DNA of 14,182 nt from Candidatus Fraserbacteria bacterium (GTDB lineage: Bacteria; Bipolaricaulota; Bipolaricaulia; RBG-16-55-9). The stretch spans positions 1-14,182 of the forward strand of contig JBBIPG010000060.1 of the NCBI GenBank assembly GCA_037442925.1. The letters are read 5' to 3'. Position 1 is the first letter of the stretch, and each line of letters opens with the position of its first letter. The notes under the pieces were generated by a model. That model was given only the letters and a program-made list of their open reading frames with translations. It searched no databases and was not told where the DNA came from. Below, in pieces: positions 1 to 6,519 of this stretch. Both the position numbers and the translations under genes were made by a program.

Positions 1-100
1 TGGGTCGCCCACTCGCAGGCGGCAAACGATAAGTTACAGCAGGCTGCTGCCCGCGGTCTGTGACTGGTGCCGGTTTATGCCAGATAGGCCCTCGCATCAT
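1..100 (-). CDS. Possible 5' part of a hypothetical protein running off the left edge (MMRGPIWHKPAPVTDRGQQPAVTYRLPPASGRP...)
   Basis: ATG at 100-98 is preceded by an SD-like AAGGGTGA and an upstream promoter-like sequence. The frame is open to position 1. No homology recognised. Confidence 0.3.
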   Translation of the reverse strand, partial: MMRGPIWHKPAPVTDRGQQPAVTYRLPPASGRP

Positions 101-164
101 ATGATTTCACCCTTATTTATTATGCGCGCATATCGTATCTTAACTATAGTTGCTGAGTTATAGA

Positions 165-194
165 AATATATCACACCTGTTCAGAGGATGTCAA
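165..194 (-). promoter_or_regulatory. sigma70-type promoter pointing left, downstream of 5S
   Basis: Minus strand TTGACA (194-189), 18-nt spacer ending in TGa, then TATATT (170-165). AT-rich context. Confidence 0.55.
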
Positions 195-236
195 GTGTGT
201 TCGCTAGAATCCTTAGGAAGGGGGCGAAAAATAAAG

Positions 237-358
237 ATCCAGGCAGCGACCTACTCTTGCGGTCCCTTACAAGACCACTACCATCGGCGCCGGAGGGCTT
301 AACTGCCGGGTTCGGAATGGTTCCGGGTGTTTCCCCTCCGCCATCGGGCCACCTGGAA
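237..358 (-). rRNA. rrf: 5S ribosomal RNA
   Basis: Reverse complement has typical 5S motifs (CCATTCCGAACCCGGCAGTTAAG, GCCGATGGTAGT, GAGTAGGTCGCTGCC) and a terminal helix TCCAGGT/GCCTGGA. Lies about 100 nt downstream of 23S. Confidence 0.96.
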
Positions 359-363
359 TCTCT

Positions 364-425
364 TAGCTTTCAGCCATCAGCGCTCAGCTACAAGCTCTTA
401 GCTGACTGCTGATCGCTGACCGCTA
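364..425. repeat. Inverted array of heptamer repeats (nnTCAGC x3 / GCTGAnn x3) forming a hairpin in the 23S-5S spacer
   Basis: tagc-tttcagc-catcagc-gctcagc-ta, 8-nt loop, ta-gctgact-gctgatc-gctgacc-gcta. Confidence 0.75.
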
Positions 426-428
426 TTC

Positions 429-458
429 GTTTGGTCACTCAAAAGTGAATAGAGTGGA
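429..458 (-). other. 3' arm of the pre-23S processing (RNase III-type) stalk
   Basis: gtttggtcactcaaaagtgaatagagtgga matches the reverse complement of 4406-4435 at 28/30 positions. Confidence 0.85.
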
Positions 459-914
459 TCGCACAAGCGCTCGGTCGATTAGGACCGCTCGGCTCCACTG
501 ATTGCTCAGCTTCCACCTGCGGCCTATCTACCTGCTGTTCTCGCAGGGACCTTACCTCGTCCGTCCCGAAGGACAGACGAGACGGAGACCTTATCTTGGG
601 GTGGGCTTCACGCTTAGATGCCTTCAGCGTTTATCCCGTCCAGACCTAGCTACCCAGCGGTGCCCCTGGCGGGACAACTGGTACACCAGCGGTCCAGCCC
701 CCTCGGTCCTCTCGTACTAGAGGGAGTGCCCCTCAAGTCTCCTACGCCCGCGGCGGATATGGACCGACCTGTCTTGCGACGGTCTAAACCCAGCTCGCGT
801 ACCTCTTTAACCGGCGAACAGACGGACCCTTGGGACCTGCTTCAGCCCCAGGATGAGATGGGCCGACATCGAGGTGCCGAACCTCGCCGTCGATGTGGAC
901 TCTCGGGCGAGACT

Positions 915-945
<31 letters not shown>

Positions 946-1422
946 ATGATCGATGGCCCTTCCACACGGGACCACCGGGTCACTTGGACCTGCTTTCGCA
1001 TCTGCTGGAGATGTCTCTCTCGCAGTGAAGCCGGCTTGTGCCCATGCACTCCACAGCCGATCGCCAACCGGCCTGAGCCGACCTTTGCGCGCCTCCGTTA
1101 CCATTTGGGAGGCGACCGCCCCAGTCAAACTGTCCGCTTAGCACGGTCCTTCCGCCGCTCGTCACGGCGGTCAGTTAGAGCCCTCATGCTCAAAGGGTGG
1201 TATTTCAAGGACGCCTCCACCGAGGCTAGCGCCCCGGCTTCGTTGGCTCCCACCTATCCTACACAATGACCATCAAGACCCAATGCCAAACTCCAGTAAA
1301 GCTCCACGGGGTCTTTCCGTCCTGCCGCGGGTCGTCGGCATTTTCACCGACGCTTCAATTTCGCCGAGTCCCTCGTTAAGACAGCGCTCAAGTCGTTATA
1401 CCATTCATGCGCGTCGGAACTT

Positions 1423-2127
1423 CACGTCGCTCCTCTATTTCTAGAGGCGTAGACTATATCTTCACTACTTCCTTCGCGTACTTCCGTTTGCCCGTGTTGA
1501 TAGTGAAGACCAACTCAATGATCTCTTGGAAGCCTTGCTCCGTCAGGTGTTCGCCGCGACTCATCTTCTTGCAGACGAGTGCGAACTTCTCAAAGTCTTT
1601 CCGCTTGCTCGAGAGCAGAGGATACTTCTCAAAGTGTGGGATCACCTTCTCCACGAGATCACGAACACTACGGACCTCATACTTCAGTGTCTTATCAGAT
1701 CTGTCAGGCCGGATGCTACCGCAGCCAAAGTGCTGCTTATACATCCATAGAATCTCCGCTCGATCATGGTTCTGAGAGACGGAGAAACTGGGGCGAATCT
1801 CCCAGCCAAAAGCATGGCGTCTGCTCTTGCTAATAGCGACGCAAAAGCAACCTTCGCCATCGGCGTATCCTGACAGGTATACTTTGAGGTCCATATTGAC
1901 CTTCACCTTCGTTCACGTTCGGGAAGCAGTGCCGGCGTATTATAGCAGCTTAGGATTTGCTCATATGAGCGTGGCTGCTATCTCGGTCTTTCGACCTCAG
2001 TCGTTACGGGGTCAGGGCTCTTACTGAGCCCGACTTCCCACGGTATTACCCTCTCTTTTGCACGGCTCCTAGTGCCGCAACGAGATTGGGCTTCACCGTT
2101 ATAAGCCAGTATGGGCAATTGTTCATT
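1423..2127 (-). mobile_element. Group I self-splicing intron (IA3-like) at 23S position L1951, 705 nt, with a homing endonuclease gene in the P8 loop
   Basis: Removal restores GTCGGGT|AAGTTCCGAC. P1 GGGU|AAU pairs with AUUGCCC with a U-G wobble at the splice site. P = UAUAACGGUGAA, Q = GGUAAUACCGUG, R = CGUAACGACUG. Two extra stems follow R (GGUC-GAAA-GACC and AUAGCAGC..GCUGCUAU). P8 = CACUGCUUCC/GGAAGUAGUG, S = AAGAUAUAGUCU, P9 = CCUCUA-GAAA-UAGAGG, terminal G at 1423. Confidence 0.94.
1454..1894 (-). CDS. Intron-encoded single-motif LAGLIDADG homing endonuclease (I-CreI-like, about 146 aa; alternative GTG start at 1906)
   Basis: YLSGYADGEGCF motif, then FSVSQ, FGCGSI, VIPHFEKYPLLSSKRKDF and HLT..G..EI..L...IN, all typical of rRNA-intron LAGLIDADG enzymes. 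SD-like GAAGGTGA lies upstream of ATG 1894. Confidence 0.93.
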   Translation of the reverse strand: MDLKVYLSGYADGEGCFCVAISKSRRHAFGWEIRPSFSVSQNHDRAEILWMYKQHFGCGSIRPDRSDKTLKYEVRSVRDLVEKVIPHFEKYPLLSSKRKDFEKFALVCKKMSRGEHLTEQGFQEIIELVFTINTGKRKYAKEVVKI

Positions 2128-2167
2128 ACCCGACTAGGAACTTCGCTACCTTAGGACCGTTATAGTT

Positions 2168-2406
2168 CACCTTGTCCTCATGTCGCCATGAGGGGTGGAC
2201 CATATCTTCACCCTAGCTTGGTATTCAGCCAGGGGCCTGGCGTATGGTCTCTGAGGATTCTGGAATCACAAATCCAGCCTTTCCTGCTGATCGTCCGCAC
2301 CGGACAGTTTATCACTGCAATTGCAGTACTACCGGATACACGGAGTTCCCAGCATATAGCCAGGTTTGTCTTCAGAGATTGCTCCCTGAAGGCCGCAACT
2401 GTTCTT
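2168..2406 (-). mobile_element. ORF-less group I intron (IB-like) at 23S position L1911 in helix 69, 239 nt
   Basis: Removal restores GGCCGT|AACTATAACGGTCC. P1 GGCCGU|AA pairs with UUGCGGCC (U-G at the splice site) and P10 is AGUU/AACU. P2 = UUCAGGGA-GCAA-UCUCUGAA, P = AUAUGCUGGGAA, Q = AUCAGCAGG, R = CUCAGAGACCAUA, S = AAGAUAUGGUCC, P3 = CCUGGC/GCCAGG, P9 = CUCAUG-GCGA-CAUGAG, terminal G at 2168. Confidence 0.93.
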
Positions 2407-4405
2407 ACGGCCGGCCTTCGCTGGGGCTTCAGTTCGGAGCGTGAACTCCTCCCTTTGACCTTCCAGCAGTGGCCAGGTCTCACTCCCTATACATCCTCTT
2501 TCGAGTTGGCAGGGAGCTGTGTTTTTACTAAACAGTCGCCTGAGCCTGCTCTCTGCGACCCGGATTGCTCCGGGCACCCCTTCTTGCGAACGTACGGGGT
2601 CATTTTGCCGAGTTCCTTAACGAGGGTTCTCTCGCCCACCTGAGTATGCTCAACTTGCCTACCTGTGTCAGAGTGCGGTACGGACTCTCCCCAGCTCCGT
2701 AGAGGTTTTTCTCGGCCGCCGATCAGACTTCCTTCGGGCCCGTAGGCCCTCCGCATCACGCCTCGACTTGACCGGGCTCCGGATTTGCCTAGAGCCCGAT
2801 GCCTTGGCGCTTGCACGGGAATCCAATATCCCGCTCGTCCCGACCGGCGGCGTCCCCCCATCGTCAACGCGGGGAAGAGGGGCCGGACTATTAACCGGCT
2901 GTCCATCGGCTACCCCTTCCGGGTTTACCTTAGGGCCGCCTAACCCTGGGTGGATGAGCCTTCCCCAGGAAACCTTGGGCATTCGGTGGCCGAGGTTCTC
3001 ACTCGGCTCGCGCTACTCATTCCGGCATTCTCACTTAAGAGCAGTCCATCTGGCCTTGCGGCTCGACTTCGCTCCGCTCTTAACGCTCCCCTACCACTCG
3101 TCTTATCCGAAGATAAGACGAATCCGCAGCTTCGGCGCCGAGCTTGAGCCCCGTTACATCTTCGGCGCCCCCCCACTCGACCGGTGAGCTATTACGCACT
3201 CTTTAAAGGATGGCTGCTTCTAAGCCAACCTCCCGGCTGTTTAAGTAGAGAGACATCCTTTCACACTTAGCTCGGACTTGGGGGCCTTAACTGGCGGTCT
3301 GGGCCGTTTCCCTCACGACTATGAAGGTTATCCCCCACAGTCTGACTCCCACCGATTCACCGGCGGTATTCGGAGTTTGGTTGGGTTTGGCTTGCGCCGC
3401 ACCCATCCAGTGCTCTACCCCCGCCGACTTCTCAGGTGAGGCTAGTCCTAAAACTATTTCGGGGAGAACCAGCTATTACCAGGGCCCGGCGGGCTTTTCA
3501 CCGCTACCCATAGCTCATCCCAGGATTTTTCCTCATCCACGGGTTCGGGCCTCCCTTCGATGTTACTCGAAGCTCACCCTGGCCATGGGTAGATCGCCTG
3601 GCTTCGGGTCTGTTCCCGGTGACTTGTCGCCCTATTCGGACTCGCTTTCGCTGCGGCTGCGCTGGACGGACCCAGCTTAACCTGGCCACCGAAAACAACT
3701 CGCCGGATCATACTGCAAAAGGCACGCGGTCAGGCCAGCGCCCCTTGACGCTCCCTCCTCCCTTGCGGGATTTAAGAGCGTCACGTAAGACGCCGGGACC
3801 CTCCCACTGCCTGTAGGCAGATGGTTTCAGGCTCTATTTCACTCCCCTTCCGGGGTTCTTTTCACCTTTCCCTCGCGGTACTATATTCACTATCGGTCAG
3901 CTGTGAGTATTTAGCCTTGGAGAGTGGTCTCCCCAGCTTCACGCCGTATCACGGGTACGACGCTACTCAGGTACAGCTCGGGAGAAGAAGACCTTTCGCC
4001 TACGGGACTATCACCCTCTTCGGTCGCCCGTTCCAGTGGCTTTGCCGGCCGTTCGGCTAGACCTTCTCTTTGTAACTCCCAGATGAGCTGCCCTACAACC
4101 CCAGACGAACTTGCGCTCGTCTGGTTTGGGCTCTTCCCGTTTCGCTCGCCGCTACTTAGGGAATCTCAAGAGATTTCTCTTCCTCCGGGTACTGAGATGC
4201 TTCACTTCCCCGGGTTTGCCTCACCCTTCTACTCAGTTCGAAGAGTGATACTCCGCCTTCCGCGGAGTGGGTTGCCCCATTCGGGAATCCCCGGATCAAC
4301 GCCTGCTCGGCGGCTCCCCGAGGCTTATCGCAGCCTACCACGCCCTTCATCGCCTTCAGCTGCCAAGGCATCCACCATCTGCCCGTACTGAGCTTGCGCG
4401 ATTTC

Positions 4406-4435
4406 TCCACTCTATTCACTTTTCAATGACCAAAC
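4406..4435 (-). promoter_or_regulatory. 5' arm of the pre-23S processing stalk containing a boxA-like antitermination motif
   Basis: Minus strand GTTTGGTCATTGAAAAGTGAATAGAGTGGA. GTCATTGAAAA resembles rrn boxA (GTTCTTTGAAAA type). Complementary to 429-458. Confidence 0.75.
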
Positions 4436-4484
4436 TATCCCCACCATTCTATGGAGGGAGTTGTGTCGATTATGGCAACCAGAT

Positions 4485-4513
4485 AGTATAACACCGCCCC
4501 TCCTGGTTGTCAA
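4485..4513 (-). promoter_or_regulatory. Proximal rRNA promoter (P2-like) for 23S-5S
   Basis: TTGACA (4513-4508), 17-nt spacer, TATACT (4490-4485) preceded by TGt. About 85 nt upstream of mature 23S. Confidence 0.85.
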
Positions 4514-4549
4514 GGATCGTGTGGATCACAACGTGAGACAATCGGGCTC

Positions 4550-4578
4550 ATCTTATCACAAAGATCGCCCCGCTGCAA
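4550..4578 (-). promoter_or_regulatory. Distal rRNA promoter (P1-like)
   Basis: TTGCAG (4578-4573), 17-nt spacer ending in TGa, TAAGAT (4555-4550). Lies 65 nt upstream of the proximal promoter. Confidence 0.55.
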
Positions 4579-4622
4579 GGGACATGTGCCCCTCTCTGGG
4601 CCGAGCGCCGTCATCTGGGACT

Positions 4623-4967
4623 CTACGGATGATCCTCGCTGGCTTCGATGGGGCTCTCCTCCCACAGTCCCTCCAGATCGTAGAACCCGCGCGCTTTCGG
4701 ATCGAAAACATGCACGATCACATCGCCGTAATCGAGCACAATCCACGTCTTAGAATCCAGCCCCTCGATGGCGAAGGGCTTCCTCTCCAACCCCTGCTGG
4801 ATGTTCTCGGCAATCGCATGCCGTTGTCTGGGGTTGTCCGCCTCGGTGATGACGAAGAAATCCGTTCCCCATGAAGCCTCTTCCAGATCCAGCACGACGG
4901 TCTGCTCGCCCTTTTTCTCCTCGATGAGCCGAAGGATCCGCTCTACGATCTGCTCGCTCGCTCTCAG
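4623..4967 (-). CDS. rsfS: Ribosome silencing factor RsfS (Iojap family), about 114 aa, probable CTG start
   Basis: EEKKGEQTVVLDL, TDFFVIT, WIVLDYGDVIVHVFDPKARGFYDLEGLW. The conserved N-terminal helix lies upstream of the GTG at 4895 used by the ORF track. CTG at 4967 overlaps the LCP stop (CTGA) and follows SD GGGGGAG. Confidence 0.92.
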   Translation of the reverse strand: MRASEQIVERILRLIEEKKGEQTVVLDLEEASWGTDFFVITEADNPRQRHAIAENIQQGLERKPFAIEGLDSKTWIVLDYGDVIVHVFDPKARGFYDLEGLWEESPIEASEDHP

Positions 4968-6226
4968 TTCGATTCTCCCCCTGCTACAGAGTCACCTGCC
5001 CCCAGGATAAGCACCAGATCCGCTTCGTTCAACTCCACGCTGCGGTTATTGGGAGGCACGGCCGTGGTGCGGAGCACCTTCTCTAGAATCGGCCAACGGT
5101 CTTCTCCGAAGCGTTGCTGGGTCGCTGCCGTGAACTCCGCGGGGGTCATGGCCGTAAGAGAGAGCTTGAGCGCCGTCCTCAATCGCTGGGCCTTGTCTTT
5201 ATCGCCGCTCACGTTGATCAGATAGCTCTGGGGGTAATCAAATGTGTCTCCGGCATTCCAGTAGGCGACGACGTGAAAGCCCTGGGCTTGGAGTAGATCG
5301 CCCACCTTCTTTGCCAGCCCCTGGCGCTTGACCTCATCGGGATGGCCGTTTAAGACGATCACCTTCACGTCTCGATTCGTCACGACGTCCCGTCCCTGGA
5401 AGAACTCGGCCACGAGCGCGGCCGTTTCCACCGGCTCGGCGCGGAAGTAACTCACGTCGTTGAGGAGCACAGGCTGACCGGGAAGCATGGCGACTTGGAG
5501 GTTTTCGGGGCGTAGTCGCTGGAGACGTTCCACCAGACGATAGACATCGACGACGGCCATGTTCGTCTGGAGGTTCGGCAGCGTTGCCTCAACCAACTCT
5601 TTGACCTTCGCAGCCTGAACTTGGGCCAGCTTCTGAGAGAGAGCCTTCACAAACTCTTGCTGCCGACGGATGCGGCCTAGGTCTTCTCCGCTCGCGGCAT
5701 CGCGATAGCGCCAGAAGTCCAGAGCCTGCTGGCCGTTCAGCGTCTGTGTCCCGGCAGCCAAGTTGATATGAAGATTCTGTTGCGAATCGTCATAGCGCAT
5801 GGGCCTCTCAATGGTGAGGGTGACACCACCGATGGCATCGATGAATTGCGTGAAGCCCTGGTAGTTCACCACGGCATACCAATAGAGAGGAACCCCCAAA
5901 AGCTCGGAGATGAGCCGGCTCGTCAGCTCGACACCGCCTCGCCCATAGGCCGCGTTGAGTTTATCGAATTCGCCCGTCGGGTACTTGACGCGTAGATCCC
6001 GCGGGATGGAAAGCAACTTGACACTTTGCTCCTCTAGCTTCCCTACCAGGATCGTGTCGGTCCGCCGGCTGGTGCCCCAATCGTCTAACCCTAAGATGAG
6101 GACGTACTCGTTTGCGCCTTTCACACGGACGGGCCCACCCTCTTGATACCACCAGGCGACGGCCAGTCCCCCAAGCACGAAGACGGCTGTGATGACCAGC
6201 AAGAAGAGCTTATTCCTCACACTCAT
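4964..6226 (-). CDS. LCP (LytR-CpsA-Psr) family protein with N-terminal TM anchor and C-terminal LytR_C domain
   Basis: TM segment LFLLVITAVFVLGGLAVAWW. LCP motifs LILGLD, RTDTIL, LSIPRD, KLNAAY, FIDAIGGV, LNGQQALDFWRYR and DLGRIRRQQEF. LytR_C motifs VIVLNG..GLAKKVGDLL..GF and ADLVLILG. Start ATG 6226 (or GTG 6220) follows a purine-rich SD. Confidence 0.92.
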   Translation of the reverse strand: MSVRNKLFLLVITAVFVLGGLAVAWWYQEGGPVRVKGANEYVLILGLDDWGTSRRTDTILVGKLEEQSVKLLSIPRDLRVKYPTGEFDKLNAAYGRGGVELTSRLISELLGVPLYWYAVVNYQGFTQFIDAIGGVTLTIERPMRYDDSQQNLHINLAAGTQTLNGQQALDFWRYRDAASGEDLGRIRRQQEFVKALSQKLAQVQAAKVKELVEATLPNLQTNMAVVDVYRLVERLQRLRPENLQVAMLPGQPVLLNDVSYFRAEPVETAALVAEFFQGRDVVTNRDVKVIVLNGHPDEVKRQGLAKKVGDLLQAQGFHVVAYWNAGDTFDYPQSYLINVSGDKDKAQRLRTALKLSLTAMTPAEFTAATQQRFGEDRWPILEKVLRTTAVPPNNRSVELNEADLVLILGAGDSVAGGESN

Positions 6227-6242
6227 CCCCTCTCTGCCTTCT

Positions 6243-6271
6243 TTTGTAGTCTCTTTCACCGCGCCCGTCAA
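6243..6271 (-). promoter_or_regulatory. Putative sigma70 promoter for LCP-rsfS
   Basis: TTGACG (6271-6266), 17-nt spacer, TACAAA (6248-6243). Confidence 0.4.
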
Positions 6272-6430
6272 GGACGAGAGTCCCCTACGGGGCTTAGGGG
6301 AACTTTCGACGGGCTTGGCGAGTACATGAACGCGCCAGAAACGAACGGGATGGACAACGGTCAGCCGCGCGGGTCACGTAAGGATGAGCCGCAAGGTGAG
6401 CGAAGTCGGGGACAGGAGACTTGAAAGGCG

Positions 6431-6439
6431 TGTTATAAT
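6431..6439 (+). promoter_or_regulatory. Extended -10 promoter for the prkA operon
   Basis: TGtTATAAT is a perfect extended -10. No good -35. Lies about 30 nt before the first SD-ATG. Confidence 0.6.
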
Positions 6440-6519
6440 TGAGAAGAACGACGGAGAGCGAGGAGGACAGCATGTCAGATCGCGAAGCACGAGACCAACG
6501 GCGAGGAGGTGAGCGAACG

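Noticed and set aside
364..425. CRISPR-like repeat array
   Set aside because: Repeats are 7 nt with no spacers, and there are no cas genes.
555..582. Slightly long helix 98 (and helix 45 at about 3100-3121) as intervening sequences
   Set aside because: Only modest UUCG-capped extensions within normal bacterial variation.
2162..2406. Assigning the small intron to the well-known L1917 site
   Set aside because: AACTATAAC (1912-1920) is wholly in the downstream exon, and P1/P10 pairing fixes the site after U1911.
6272..6424. Possible ncRNA (6S-like) or 32-aa ORF in the divergent intergenic region; hairpin tccccta/tagggga at 6281-6301
   Set aside because: No extended pairing or family motif that I can support. 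The small ORF has a weak SD and no recognisable features.
6439..6471. TTG start at 6439 for prkA from the ORF track
   Set aside because: It overlaps the TATAAT -10 element and has no SD. ATG 6472 and ATG 6520 have strong SDs.
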